The notes beneath the pieces were generated by a model. That model saw nothing but the letters and a program-made list of their open reading frames with translations, was not told where the DNA came from and did not search any database. Positions 36,101 to 51,100 of a stretch of DNA of 64,000 nt are shown here, piece after piece. Position numbers and translations under genes: made by a program. Source of the stretch: Mobula birostris (Eukaryota); contig NC_092377.1 in assembly GCF_030028105.1 (NCBI RefSeq), positions 128,807,356 through 128,871,355 on the forward strand, written 5' to 3'. The stretch's first letter is position 1. Each line of letters opens with the position of its first letter.

Positions 36101-39100
36101 TAAAGGAGCTCATGGCAGACTTTAGGATTGAGACGTCCCAGTTGTTATCGGCGGGTGCGGCTACCCCACAAAATAAAGCCAATAGGTATCGGACCCCCTG
36201 AGGCGATGGACTAAGAAGAGGGGTACAGGTGAATGGGGTCCCACTAGAAGGGGGGAGGGGAGGGGAGGGAACGTCGACTCAGACCTTGAGAGGCCTGTAT
36301 CAGGCATTTTCATGCCTTACAAGAAGGGGAGTGACCGGTATCGTCTGTTATAACTGTGGTGAAGAGGGACAAATCAAGCGGGAGTGTGATGGATGGGAGT
36401 ACCCTCGGACAGTGAGCCCCCAGGTACCTAAGCGGAGAGACCCAGTGAGGGGAAGGCCTGGCATCTTAGCGGGAGCACGTTCCCAGCAATATATCAAGGA
36501 ACACCCTGAAGATTTACTAAGCCAAGCTCTAGCGTATTGCTACAGATTGAGGGTATTTATGTTAGAGCTATACTTCACACCGGCACTCTGCTGTACCATT
36601 CGTTTTACAACTGGTGTTCTACGCATTTACCACTGACGCCACTCAGTGCGCTAGAAATCTAGGGTCTTAGTACGTATGACTATCCGTACGATGGTTACTT
36701 GTCATTGAAGCTGGAGTTTTCAGAGGCAGATGTGGGAGTAGCTGAGCTCCTTTATACGTTAGTGCTGGTTTGTCTGGACCCAGTTGAGAAGGACCAAGCT
36801 TCAGTTCTTGTGGAGGCTAGTGGGAGCCTGCAAGGAAAGTTGGGGAGTGCTTTCTGAAAACATCGTCCATTCACCCTGTGTTCCGAGCTGCTTTTGAGGA
36901 AGTGTGTGGCCACAATGGGCTGGACGATGAGCATAAATGAGGGACTGTGTGGTTCACCCGGTCAAAACCAGTTGTATTATGGCCTGGGGAAGTAGCGAAA
37001 GTGATGGGAAACCCCAAATTTCCCGGGATGCCTGAGGCCGAGGCCCTTTTGGTGGATGGTCCGGAAGTCCACGAAGAGGAGTCAGGTTTACCTGCTGGGG
37101 TACTGGTGAGGCCCGAACTGCAGACACCCTCGGTTGTACAGGTGAAAAGGTTGACAGTGAGTGTGAGCAACACTTCAGAGAGGGAAGCCGCCCTCAGGTG
37201 GGGGATGCCAATGGCACACCTCTTCCTGGTGATGGTAATGTCTAGAGTCTCTGTGAGACAAGCCGGGGAGAAACTCTGTCCAGAAAGAGGAAAGTTGATT
37301 GCTGAGTTATTCAGTTCTGGGACTCCCCAATACCTGGAGGTTGGAAGAAGAGGTTGATAGAGAAAATGTTGAAGCTGGAAGATGTTTTTTCTAATGACGA
37401 GTTTGGTGTAGGTTGTTCCAGGGGCATCCAGGTGACAGAGGACAGGCACCCTGTTCAGAGAAAGGTCACAGCAACTGGCACCTGCAGAGGTAGAGGACGT
37501 TCAGCAGCACCTGCAGAAGTTGAAGGAAGCTGGGATCATCACTGAGTCTAGAAGCCTTTACGCGTCTCCAATAGTAGTGGCCAGAAAGAAGAATAGGAAG
37601 GTACAGATGTGTGTGGACTATCGGATTCTGAACAGGCGTAACGTCCCTGACCAGCAGATGGTCCTGAGAATCGAGGATGCACTGGCCTGCCCTAATGGTG
37701 CGAAGTGGTTCAGTGTGCTGGACTTCAGGAGTGGGTATTACCAGATACCCATGAGTGAGGCTGATAAAGAGAAGACGGCGTTCACACGTCCACTGGGATT
37801 CTGCCAGTTCAAAAGGATGCCCCAGGGCATATCAGAAGCCCCTGCGACTTTTCAGCGTGTCATGGAGAAAACGGTCGAGGTATTCGTATACCTGGATGAT
37901 CTCATAGTGTTTGGGTCTACCTTGGAGGAACATGAAGTGAGGCTACTGAAGGTGCTGGGCTGCCTAAAAGCTGAAAGGTTAAGTACCAGTTCTGCAAGAT
38001 GTCTGTCAACTATGTTGGGCACTTAGTCTCACAGGATGGACTAGCTATGGCTCAGTCTAAGATAGAGGTGGTGACCACAAGGCCAAGGCCTCAGACTGTG
38101 AGTGCTTTGCGCTTCTTCCTTGGATTCTATGGATACAACAGGTTTGTGAAGGACTACGCAAAAGTGAGTCACCCTTCAAATCAGTTCCTGTGCCATTACC
38201 CTCCCTTGGGGAAGAAAAGAAGGATGAAAGGAGAGGATGGTAAAGATTATCTTAGCCCTTTAGAGCCTCTTGGAGCGAGATGGGATGCAAAATGTGAAGA
38301 GGCCTTTCAGCTGCTGAAGGAGCTGCTGATGAAATTGCCTGTGCTGGATTTTGCAGACCCCGCAGTTGCCGGATGTTTCTTGTCATGTTTTTTGACTTCT
38401 CCAGTGCATTCAACACCACCCGCCCTGCTCTGCTGGGGGAGAAGCTGACAGCGATGCAGGTGGATGCTTTCCTGGTATCATGGATTCTTGATTACCTGAC
38501 TGGCAGACCACAGTACGTGTGCTTGCAACACCCTGTGTCCGACTTAGTGATCAGCAGCACTGGGGCTCCACAGGGGACTGTCTTGTCTCTCTTTCTCTTC
38601 ACCATTTACACCTCGGACTTCAACTACTGCACAGAGTCTTGTCATTTTCAGAAGTTTTCGGATGACTCTGCCATAGTTGGATGCATCAGCAAGGGAGATG
38701 AGGCTGAGTACAGGGCTACGGTAGGAAACTTTGTCACATGGTGTGAGCAGAATTATCTGCAGCTTAATGTGAAAAAGACTAAGGAGCTGGTGGTAGACCT
38801 GAGGAGAGCTAAGGTACCGGTGACCCCTGTTTCCATCCAGGGGGTCAGTGTGGACATGGTGGAGGATTACAAATACCTGGGGATACGAATTGACAAGAAA
38901 CTGGACTGGTCAAAGAACACTGAGGCTGTCTACAAGAAGGGTCAGAGCCGTCTCTATTTCCTGAGGAGACTGAGGTCCTTTAACATCTGCCGGATGATGC
39001 TGAGGATGTTCTACGAGTCTGTGGTGTCAGTGCTATCATGTTTGCTGTTGTGTGCTGGGGCAGCAGACACCAACAGAATCAACAAACTCATTTGTAAGGC

Positions 39101-42100
39101 CAGTGATGTTGTGGGGATGGAACTGGACTCTTTCACGGTGGTGACTGAAAAGAGGATGCTGTCTAAGTTGCATGCCATCTTGGACAATGTCTCCCATCCA
39201 CTACATAATGTACAGGGTGGGCACAGGAGTACATTCAGCCAGAGACTCATTCCACCGAGATGCAGCACAGAGCGTCATAGGAAGTAATTCCTGCCTGTAG
39301 CCATCAAACTTTACAACTCCCCCCTTGGAGGGTCAGACACCCTGAGCTAATAGGCTGGTCCTGGACTTATTTCATAATTTACTGGCATAATTTACATATT
39401 ACTATTTAACTATTTATGGTTTTATTACTGTTTATTATTTATGGTGCAACTGTAACAAAAACCAATTTCCCTCAGGATCAATAAAGTATGACAATGACTA
39501 TGACTATGTATGTATTGCATATAGATGCCAGCAGAGAGGGGTTCAGGGTGTTCTGTATCAGGATCAGGGCACAGGGTTGAGACCTGTTGCATTTGTCAGT
39601 CGGAATCTGTCACCCTCTGAACAAAACAACCCCAAACACAAATTGAAGGTCCTGGCATTGAAATGGGCTGTGGTGAACAAGTTAAGTGACTATCTATATG
39701 GTGCCAAATTTGAGGTGAGGACAGACAACAACCCATTAACCTATATCCTGACCTCGACAAAATTGGACGCCACAGGTCATCGGTGGTTGGCGGTATTGTC
39801 TGCCTACGATTTCAGCATGAAGTACTGATTGGGGAGTCGGAACATTGATGCCAATGTGCTGTCCTGACGTGCGCACAAAGGACTGGACAGGGACGAGGAG
39901 TGGGAGAGCGTTCCTGCCCCGGGAGTGAAAGCCATGTGCCAGTTTGGCAGAAGGAAGACAAGGGCAGGATCAGCGGTAGATCAATTGGGAGCTTCTGATG
40001 GTGCTATTCCACAATCTTACTGCAACCTGGCTGCTTTGAAGACAAAGCAGCTGCCAGGATTGAGCCCTGGGGAAGTGGCAGCCGCTCAGCAAGATGGCCC
40101 ATGTATTGGTATCATTTGGTCAGCAGTTGCAAAAGGGAACATGACCCAAGCAGACGAAGTGAAACGCTCTGTGGTGTCTCTGCTACTGACAGAATGGCCC
40201 AGATTGTAGTTGAGGAACCAGATCCTATACCAGGTCACATCACCTCTGAACCGGCCTCGGCATTCCCATCTGGTTCTGCCTGGGAAGTATCAGAGGATTG
40301 TGTTGATCATGATGATCCTGGCCACTTTGGGGGTTGACAAGACCCTTGGATTGCCCTGAGATCGGTTCTACTGGTCCCGAATGAAGTCGGAGGTCAAAGA
40401 GTACTGCAAGTCGTGCATTCGTTGCCTATGAGGGCCACTCCATTGTCCCACTTACAGAGTGTGGGGCCCATTGACCTGGTGTGTATGGATTTCCTCTCGA
40501 TAAAGCCAGATGCCAGCAACATGGTGAATGTCTTGGTCATTACAGACCACTACACCAGATATGCGCAAGTCTTCTCTACCAAGGATCAGAGGGCGTTGAC
40601 AGTGGCCAAAGTGTTACGGGAAAAGTATTTCATTTATTATGGCCTCCCCAGGCGGATATTTAGAGAACAGGGACAGGATTTCCAGAGTAGGCTCATACAT
40701 GAGATACTGAGCGTGCTTGGAGTCAAGACATCGAGGACTACCTCTTATCACTTGCAGGCTGATCCCCAGTCCGAAGTTCAATCGGACCTTGCTAGACATG
40801 CTCAGAACCTTGCAGTTCAGCAAAAAGAGTCAACATATTGGACACCTGGTCCACTGCTACAACTGTACACAGAATGAAGCTACCGGGACTCACTGTATTA
40901 TCTGATGTTTGGGCATGAGGTTGCCCGTCAACCTCTGTTTTGGAACTGACAAGGAAGATCTACCGCAAAAGACTAATCTGAAGTATGTGTTTGAAAAAGT
41001 GCTTATGAATTAGATGAGGTCTTGGCTACTGAGCAGAATCAAGGAAATAAGAGGAGTTGTGATTAAAAGGTTAGGTTCTCTCAACTCATGCCTGGAAACC
41101 GTGTCCTCAAAGAATTTGAGGCTACCTGAGAAGTACAAGTTGGCTGACCGCTGGGCAGTTATGCCCTTTGTAGGGGAGAGTCAGATGCCAAACATGCCAG
41201 TTTTCTGGGTGAAACCAGAGGATGGGAATGGGCCTGTCAAGATTCTCCATCAGAACCACCTTCTACCTCTGGGGCAAGAGGTGTGTGTTGACCCAGAGCC
41301 AGACCTGGACCCTACACCTAGTAAGAGGACTCTGCGGCGATGTGGAGAGACTGAAGGACCAACAACAGGAAAGATTAGACCAGCCCCGGACCCTGAATGG
41401 GATACAGACTCGGAGGATGAGGAAAAGATTCCCAACCCTCATACTGAGGCAGGTAAAATCGGGGGTGGGGGGCAGGTTTGCAGCTGGACCACGAAGGGGG
41501 GCTGGGCTCTAAAGTAACTGGGAATGAAACTGAGCTCAGACAAGTGACAGAGGGGCCCGAGTTGTCAGAAGGCACGAGTAATAGACCAGATGGAGGGCCT
41601 CGCAGTTTAGAACAGAAGTATCCCAAGGAGTATCTGAAACTGAAGGCGTAGATAACAGGATAAGGAGGTCTCAAAAAGTCAGGAGACCCCCAGGTAGGCT
41701 GGCCTATGTAGCACCGGAGGAAACAGAGGATTGTTGTGACTATTCCCTCAAGTGAGATATGTCACTACCATTTACAAATGGATTGGAGGTTCTGACATCA
41801 AGAAATTCCTTTGAAAACACTGTTATTAATGACGGGGTGACAAATTATTTCAAAGTCATGAGGGCATGACTACTTGTGGTGGGGGGAAGAGTGTACTGCC
41901 CTGGTTCACATCTTTACTGTTATGCTGTAGGTATTTCATTTAGCAGCTCAGTAAGAGCAGTCTGTTCTGCTGTCAGTCCGTTTGGGTTATTGTTGAAGAT
42001 GAAGGATGATGCAGAATGTGTGCCATCCAATCACCGGGAGGTTTTCTTGTTGAAGGACAATAAGGTTGGGCTTGTGTTCGGGGTGGGGGGGGGGTGGGGA

Positions 42101-45100
42101 GATGGAGAAAGAAGACGTGAGGAGAACTGGTCATAGCACACAATCCGGTGGGAGACCCGTTTGTTCAAGGTGGATTGCAAGTGATGTTTGGAAGGTGGTG
42201 TGGGCATTCCCCCTGACGGGGGCCTGGTGCTCAAGTGACAGAGAAGTTCAAGATGAGCTCCAACTTGTGCACATTTGACTGTTTAATTAGAATGGGCCCT
42301 TTTCTTTTTGTTATTCTTTACTAACCCTTGAGGTTAAGATTCATAAATATAATTCCTTTAATCATGTACAGTGTACCGTCTGTTATTTCGTAGCACTAAC
42401 TTGTAACAGGGGAGCAAATTACACAGCACCCACACAAACTGGGGTTTGGGGTGGGACGAGCCATCTCAATCTCATGAGTTTGGCGGGACTTGAGAGTGTC
42501 CTCCTGAGATTTACGCAGCCAAGGAAACCAGGGTGTTTCACACATAAATATTTCTTGTAGCTGCATGTTCCTGACCTCATGAGCTTTCTGTGTAGCAGTT
42601 TCTACTGTTTCATTAAGCCACTCCGCTTTAAATGAACTGGCAGTTCTTTTGCTCTTCACGCCCTTTGCTTCTTTGGAATCCGACAGCGAATCAACAATTT
42701 CTTCAATAAAAACAGTATAAATAAGCCAGTTCTAAAATCTGCAGACAAATCATTGCAAGTTCCATGTTGTCAGCACCTTCTGCATCAAAAACCGGAAAAG
42801 GAAATGTGATTGTATACATTTGTGAAATATACTTAATATGACAATGAGATCAAGGGTGACAGCCTGTTGTGCACAGTTTAAATTCCTTTGTGCGCTAGTA
42901 GCAAACGATGTGTGTGCACACACACCTTAGAGGGAACATTGGCTATAGCCTGTGATCCAATCCAGGGTTTCAGGCGTTTATATGTGGAATAACAGACCCC
43001 ACTCCCCTCAGAAGTGGGTTACATGCTGGGATCTAAACCTGGGATTCAGGGTTTATATATAGAGTAGATTCCTGGGAGAGGATTTCAGGCTGGGGTCTAA
43101 TCCAGGGGTTCGTGGGTTTAAGTATAGAATAGTAGATCCATGGGAGTGGGTTTCAGGCTGAGATTTAATCCTGGACACTCACCGGCTACTTCACTAAGTA
43201 CACCTACTCATTAATGCAAATACCTAATCAGGCAATCATTGCCAGCAACTCAATGTATAAAAGCATGGAGACATCCTTGGAGTTCAGGAGAATGAGGGGG
43301 GATCTCACAGAAACATTCCAAATGTTAAGAGGCCTGAACAGATTAGATATGGTAAAGTTATTTCCCATGGTGAGGGAGTCTAGGACAAGAGGGCATGAAG
43401 GACACCCATTTAGAACAGAGATGAGGAGAAATTACTTTAGTCAGAGGGTGGTAAATCTGTGGAATTTGTTGCCATGAGCAGCTGTGGAGGCCAAGTCAAT
43501 GGGTGTATTTAAGGCAGAGATAGATAGATTCTTGATTAGCCAGGGCACCAAAGGGTATGGGGAGAAGGCAGGGGAGTGGGGATGACTGGAAGAACTGGAT
43601 CAGCCCAGGATTGAATGGTGGAGCAAACTCGATGGGCCGAACGGCCTACTTCTGCTCCTATATCTTATGGTCTTATGGACATGGTCAAGAGATTCAGTTG
43701 TTGTTCAGCCCAAACATCAGAATGGGAAAAAAAATGTGATCTAAGGGACTTTGACCGTGGAACAATTGTTGGTGCCCAGACAGGGTAGTTTCAGCATCTC
43801 ACAAACTGCTGATTTCTTGGGATTTTCAGTCACAACAGTCTCTAGAGAGGGGTGCGAAAAACAAAAAAAAATTCCAGTGAGCAGCATTTCTGTGGGCGAA
43901 GATGCCTTGTTAATGAGAAATTAGAAGAGAATGGCTGGACTAGTTCAAGTTGACAGGAAAGCAACAGCAACTCAAATAACCAGCCATTACAACAGCGGTG
44001 TGCAGAAGAGCATCCCTAAACACACATCAAACCTTGAAGTGGATGGGCTAAAGCAACAGAAGACCACTAACATATTACGTACAAAAGGTGCCTAATAAAG
44101 TGGCCACTGAGTGTATGTACAGATTAACAGATCCATGGGACTGTGTTACTGGTGAGGATCTAATCCAAGGGTTTATATATAGATTAACAAATCTGTGAGA
44201 GTGGGTTACAGGCGAGGATCCAATACAGGGGCTAAGGGGTTTATATATAGAATAACTGATCCCTGACAAGGGGTTACAGACTGGGTCTAATCCAGGGTCT
44301 TGCAGGTTTATATACAGATTACAGATCCCCGGGATCTAATCCAGGGATTGAGGGGATGAGTGGAATCCCAGTGGTGGAAGATTTGATAACAAGTTGACAC
44401 TGCTGTCTGAAAGAAATCTCTCCACACTCACTGGATCTTACCACAGTCAGCAGAGTGCTCTTCTCCATTTGGTGTGGAGCTGCTGCGGGGAGAGTTATGG
44501 AGCCACCAGAAGTCATCGAGACCAGCTCCGAGCTGGGCCGCACGCTGCTCTCGGCTCTGCGGCTGGGCATGACGGAATCTCTGAATGTACCTGGAGGGAG
44601 CAGGCGAGAGGGTTTAGAAATCTAAGTGAGTAGACGGGAAAAGTTTAATGCCACCCTCCCGAAGAGAGTCCCAGAGTCCTCAGCATGGAAACGGGCCCTT
44701 TGGCCCAACTAGTCCATGCCAACCAAGATGCCATCCAGATTAGTCCCATTTCCCTGCTTTTGGTCTCTGAACCTTTCCTACCCATGTACATACCTTCACC
44801 ACTTCCTCTGGTAGCTCATTCCATATACAGACCACCCTCTGGGTGAAAAAATCTCTCCCCTTTTACCTTAAACCTGTGCCCTTTAGTTCTTGACGTCCCA
44901 ACCCTGTGGAGAAAAACCATGAACATTCACACCATGTCCCCCATGATTTTATTCATCTCTACAAGGTCTCCTATGGTCCAAGGCATAAAGTACCAACCTG
45001 CTCAACCTCTCTCTGGAACTCATTCCCTTAAGTCCTGGCAACATCCCAGTAAGTCTCCTCTACACTTCATCCAGTTTATTGGCATCTTTCCTAGAGCAGG

Positions 45101-48100
45101 GTGACCAAAACTGCACACAACACTCCAAGTGCAGCCTCACCAACATTGTGCGCAAATGCAAAATAACATTCCAAACCCTGGACTCAGTGCTCTGACTGAT
45201 GAAGGCCAACATGCCAAATGCTTTCTTCACCGGCCCGTCTAATTATGGCTCCACTTTCAGGGAATCTTGTACCTGTATCCTTGTCCCCTCAGTCACACAA
45301 CACTCCCCAGGAACCTACCACTGACTGCACTCTTTGCTTTGACTTCCCTGAATGAAACAATTCGCACTGAGACAGGATGTCTCAGATCACAGTAACTTTT
45401 TCTCCTCACCAATTGACAAATCCCTCTGGTTCCCCAAGCCTTCCACCCTCTGGGAAAGCCTTCTCCCAAACTTACTCCAACTCTGATCCCCTTAACCAGT
45501 TTCCTCAATATCCTGATCTGATCTACCCATTTCCCAATGTCCCTAACTGATCCCCTTAACCCATTCCCCAATGTCCCGAACTGATCCCCCGAACCCATTC
45601 CCCAACGTCCCAATCTGATCCCCCTGAACCCGTTCCCCAACGTCCCGATCTGATCCCCCTGAACCCGTTCCCCAACGTCCCGATCTGATCCCCTTAACCC
45701 ATTCCCCAACGTCCCGATCTGATCCCCCTGAACCCATTCCCCAACATCCCGATCTGATCCCCCTAACCCATTCCCCAACGTCCTGATCTGATCCCCCGAA
45801 CCCGTTCCCCAACGTCCTGATCTGATCTCCCTGAACCCATTGCCCAACGTCCTGATCTGATCCCCTTAACCCATTCCCCAACGTCCTGATCTGATCTCCC
45901 TTAACCTATTTCCCAACATCCTGATCTGATCTCCCTTAACCCATTTCCCAACATCCTGATCTGATCCCCTTAACCAGCTTCTTCCCATTCTTGATTCAAT
46001 TTCCACCATAAGCTGCCTTGTTCCCAGGACCTCTACCCTCTCTATTTGACCACGATCCCTGTATCCCAAGGCAGACCTCCAGTGTAATTCTTCCCTCCAC
46101 CTGCACCGTGAGGGTAAAGGGATAATTCGGACAGGGACTAGGACTTACTTGGCAATGATGGAACTGTTCGCAGGTGCTCCATCTGGGCTGCATCCCCATC
46201 CCGTGTCTGGGCAAAAGTTCTCACGAGGTGGGTCACCGGACAGGCTCTGCACATGGCTTGACCTACCCTCCAGTGGGGAGGGAGATGCACTCTCACTGGA
46301 GGGCCAGGATTCCTCCAAATGACTGATAGAATCAGAACGTGCACCATCGCCTGTTGGTTCCAGGGGATCAGGGGCTGAAGATGTGTCCTCAAAGGGCAGG
46401 CGCTGCCTGGACCACTGGATCCTGCCTTCTCTCATCACCTGGGGGAGAACCAGAGTGTTACTGCCACTGCTCCCCTTCTTCCCCTCCCTTCTTTTCCTTC
46501 CTTGATCCCCTTCCACCCTCCCCGCGCACAATGACAAGATGCTGCATTTCTGCTGTCCCGCCTTCTCCAATCCCAGCCGCCACCCCCACCCCCCCCCCAC
46601 CACCACCACTCATCCAATTTTACCTTCCGCTGCTGCTGCTTGGATGGGCTCTGCGGCGAGGAGGGGCAGTAGTGACTGCGGGAGATCAGAGGCTCCACAA
46701 AAGGGTTGGCGTGGCTGAAGAGAGCAGAGCTACAGGGCAATGGAAGAGAGACACAGCAGGTCAGGATATGAGTTTCTGTGGTGTTAATCGTAAAAGAAAC
46801 CCAGAAGGATAGGGCATCAACAGTTTCTACAGCGGTACAGTGTCTGGGAGGAGTACTCCAACACACAGGAACAGAAGAGGCTGCAGAGAGCAGTGGGATT
46901 CAGCCAGCTCCATCGCAGGTACTGCTCTCCCCACCAGAGGACCTTTACAAGAGGCGATGTCTTATGAAGGCTGCATCCGTCATCAGGGACCCCTACCATC
47001 CGGGCTGTGGTCTCTACTCAATGATGCCATCAGGCAGGAGGCACAGGAGCCAGAAAACCCACACCTCAACGTTCAATAACAGCTTCTCCAACATTGCCAT
47101 TGGGTTCTTGAACACACCTATAAAACCCTAACACTACAGAGGATTACTTTTCTTTCTCTCACACACACAGAACGTGAACTAACATTGTTATGTTTATTGT
47201 GTAAGCTATGTATTAGATATGTTAACTTCAATTCATGGGCAAGTAGGTTTGAAATATCTGTAATGCACTGTGCTGCTGCTGAACAAAGCTAGTTTTCATG
47301 GTATTTACACGTAAATTCACAAAACATATCAGAATCTGGTTTACTATCGCTAACATACATTGAGAAATCTGTTGTTTTGGGGCAGCAGTACAGTGCAAGG
47401 CATAACAATGCTACTATGAGTTACAAAACAAACAAATAAATAGCAAAAGAGGAATAGTGACGTCCTGTTCATGGACCGTTCAGAAATCTGAGCTGTTTCT
47501 AAAGTGTTGAATTGAGCAGAATTAGGCGATTTGGCCCTTTGAATGTGCTCCACATTCAATCATATTTGATTTTTTTAAAACCCCCACTCTCCCTCCTACT
47601 CCCCATAAACTTTAGCCTGTTTACTAATAAATCTCTGCCTTAAATACACCCATTGACTTGGTCTCCACTGCCCTCTGCTGGCATAGATTCTCCACGTTCC
47701 AGCTGAAGGAAATGCTCCTCTACTCAGTCCTAAAGTGAAGTCCTTTCATTTCTGAGGCTGTGTCCTCGGATGTTAGACCCTTCCACTGATAGAAACACCC
47801 TTGTCATGTCCGCTCTATCCAACTCTTTCTGTATGCAGTAAGTTTCAATGAGATTCCCCCTCCCGAACTCCATGGACAACAGCACCAAAAACATGAAAAG
47901 CTCACCATAAATTCAGAATCAGAACCAGGTTTATTATCACCGGCATGTGACATGAAATTTGTTAACTTAGCAGCAGCAGTTCAATGCAATACATAATATA
48001 GCAAAGAGAGAGAAAAAATAAAACATAATAAACAAGTAAATCAATTACATATATTGAATAGATTATCAAAAAATGTGCAAAAACAGAAATACTGTATACT

Positions 48101-51100
48101 AAAAAAAGTGAGGTAGTGTCCAAAGCATTAATTTCAAGGATCATTCTTGTGAACTATCTCCAAACTCTTTACAATGCCAGCACATCCCGTGAGCTCAAAA
48201 TTGCTCAGAAGATTCCAAATGCGGTCTGACTCCTACCTTATAAAGCCTCAATATTACACCCTTGCTTGTACAGTATACGCTAACCGAAAGTGAATGTGAA
48301 CTTTAATCTACCTTCCTTACTACTGATTCAGCTTCCAAGTTAACCTTGAGGGAATCCTGTATTAGGACTCCCAAGTCATTTTGAACCTTTGACTTTGGAA
48401 TTCTCTCCCTGCTTAGAAAATTGTTTGCGTCTTTGTACCTTCTACCTTATTGCACAATCCTGCACTGCCCTATTCCACCAGCCACTACTTTTCCCATTCT
48501 CCCAAACTGTGCAAGTTCTTCTGTAGACTCCCTCCTTCCTCGATACTACTTGCCCCTCCTTGCATCATCCACAAACTTGGCCACAAAGCCATCAATTCCA
48601 TCATCCTGATCACCAACATGAAATTTCAAAAGTTGTGAACTCAGCATCGACTCCTGGGTTTACTGACCACCAGTCACTGGCAGCCAAACCCGTCTTACGT
48701 CTGAACACCATTGGGTACAGTCCCAGAGTAGCATATTGTTTCGAATGCTCCTTGTACATTAACTCTTGCATTCGTGGAATTGGTTTGGTGAATCTCTTCC
48801 GGACCTTCTTCATTGACAGAGGAAATGGGTAGCAGAGATAAACGTGTTTCACCAAAGCTATCATCAAACAAAACTTCATCTGAGGTATGGTCTCAATCCA
48901 TCAATCACCTTATCATCCCAAACCCAACAGAAGCTACCTGACCTACCCTGTTTCTCCTGCTGTTTGCCTGCTGCTCCAGATTCCAGAGTCTGCTAACTCT
49001 TGTGTCTCCAAAATTTTACTTAAGCCCTTCAGGAGGTTCATGGAGGGAATTACTATGAGGGTCGGAGAGAATTAAAAATGGCACTTTACACTTATGACTG
49101 TGGCTAAGCACAGCTCCAATGCCCTATGCAAATTTGCTGATGACACCACTGTCGTTGGGCAAATCAAAGATGGTGACGGATCACAGGAGGTAGGAGGGGG
49201 ACTGAAAATCTGGCTGAGTGGTGACACAAGAACAACCTCTTACCCAATGTCAGCAAAACCAAGGAGCTAATTATTGACTTCAGGAAGAGGAAACCAGAGG
49301 TCCCCCCATGACAAACAGTGGTCTCATCGGGGGGGGGGGAGAGAAGGGAGCTCAAACGTGGAGAAGTCAGCAATTAAAAATTCATCGGTATTTCATTTCA
49401 GAGGACCTGTCGTGGGGCCCACACAAGTTCAATTACGAAGAAAGTACAGCAGCACCTCTGCTTCCCTTGGTCTTTGCAAAGATTCAGCATGCCATCTAAA
49501 ACTTTGACAAACTTCTATACATGTGTAGTGGAGAGTACGTTGACTGGCTGGTATGGAAACACCAATGCCCTTGAGCAGAAAATCTGACAAAGCTTAATGG
49601 ATGTGGCTCATCCATCACCGGTACAGCCCTCTTCACCACTGAGCACACGAAGAGTTGTCGCAGGAAAGCAGCATCCATCATCACTGCTGCCATCAGGAAG
49701 ATGGTGGAATCGGAGCCTCAGGACTCACACCACCAGGTTCAGGAAGTTATCACCCCTCAACCATCAGGCTTTTGAACCAAAGGGGATAACTTCACTCCCC
49801 TTGTCACTGAAATGTTCACACAACTTATGAAATCCCTTTCAAGGACTCTTCATCTCATGTTTTTGATATCTTAGTTCTTATTATTTATTTCTTTTTGAAT
49901 TTGCACAGTTTGTCGTCTTCTGCACACTGGCTGCACGCCCGAATTGGTGAGGTCTTTCATTGATTCTATTATAGATTTATTGAATATGCCTGCAAGAAAA
50001 TGAATCTCAGGGTTATATATGGTGACATATATGTACCTTGATAATAAATTTATTTTGAACTAGGATCAGTGTGAACGGGCAGTGAGGAAGGGGGATCCAC
50101 TGAATCACTGGTCTGAGAGAAAAGTTAATAGGAATGTTGCGAGAGTAAGATGGTTAACCACAGACTCAGTGGGAAGGGTCTGTTCCTGCGCCATTTGGCT
50201 CTAGGAGGCTCTTGGAAGAGAATTCAAAACGTTGGTGCCCAGGACAACAGCAGAGCAGCGGATATCCAGAATAATTAAGGGGCTGGGTTTGAAGGTAAGG
50301 AACTAGAGGCAGGAAGCAGGACACTCAGCCAGGTTGAGCCTGGATCAGGGCTGCTCTTCTACCCAAGCACCATTATCCCTGGCTCAGATCCGCCTCCGTC
50401 GATCCCACTAACAGCTGGGAGATTCTTCAACCTCGAAATGATCCGGGTCCTCTGGGTGCACAGAATCACAAAGGGCCACTGTGCTCCGACTGGAGGAAAG
50501 ATTTCTCCTCAGCTCGGACCCTGACACCGAGAAAGAATTTTTTTAAAAAAACATGGTAACTGGAAATCCTAAATAAACAGAAAGTTCCAGAGTTGCAGAC
50601 TCCACTCAACCCAGACCCATCAACTCAATGCAATTGCAGATCTCTCCTGCCCAAATGCAGAACCCCTCCAACCCCAAACACTAACCCATCAACTCAATGC
50701 AATTGCAGATCTCTCCTGCCCAAATGCAAAGCCCCTCCAACCCCAAACACTAACCCATCAACTCAATGCAATTGCAGATCTCTCCTGCCCAAATGCAAAG
50801 CCCCTCCAACCCCAAACACTAACCCATCAACTCAATGCAATTGCAGATCTCTCCTGCCCAAATGCAGAACCCCTCCAACCCCAAACACTAACCCATCAAC
50901 TCAATGCAATTGCAGATCTCTCCTGCCCAAATGCAAAGCCCCTCCAACCCCAAACACTAACCCATCAACTCAATGCAATTGCAGATCTCTCCTGCCCAAA
51001 TGCAAAGCCCCTCCAACCCCAAACACTAACCCATCAACTCAATGCAATTGCAGATCTCTCCTGCCCAAATGCAGAACCCCTCCAACCCCAAACACTAACC

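Larger units (their letters stand above)
35862..42540 (+). mobile_element. 5'-truncated, decayed Ty3/Gypsy LTR retrotransposon (PNMA-like gag end, zinc knuckle, RT, RNase H, integrase, PPT, 3' LTR)
   Basis: [14 protein letters not shown]; [11 protein letters not shown]...MCVDYR.LN...[10 protein letters not shown]...MPQG...YLDD; RPVAFVSR...TDNNPL; LVCMDFL...ITDHYTRYA; many stops and frameshifts; PPT ggggggaagag before TG at 41892. Confidence 0.95.

Noticed and set aside
44427-44431. Alternative GTGAG donor for exon 4 (and GTGAGT at 25287 for exon 11)
   Set aside because: Either would shift the frame relative to the next exon; the chosen donors keep the conserved reading frame.
48697-48880. 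Exon-like segment with LFDDSFGE, resembling small heat-shock protein LFDQ.FGE (HSPB6)
   Set aside because: Most of it aligns with CR1 ORF2 ([14 protein letters not shown]...LGLY); there is no alpha-crystallin domain and it is on the wrong strand for HSPB6 synteny.
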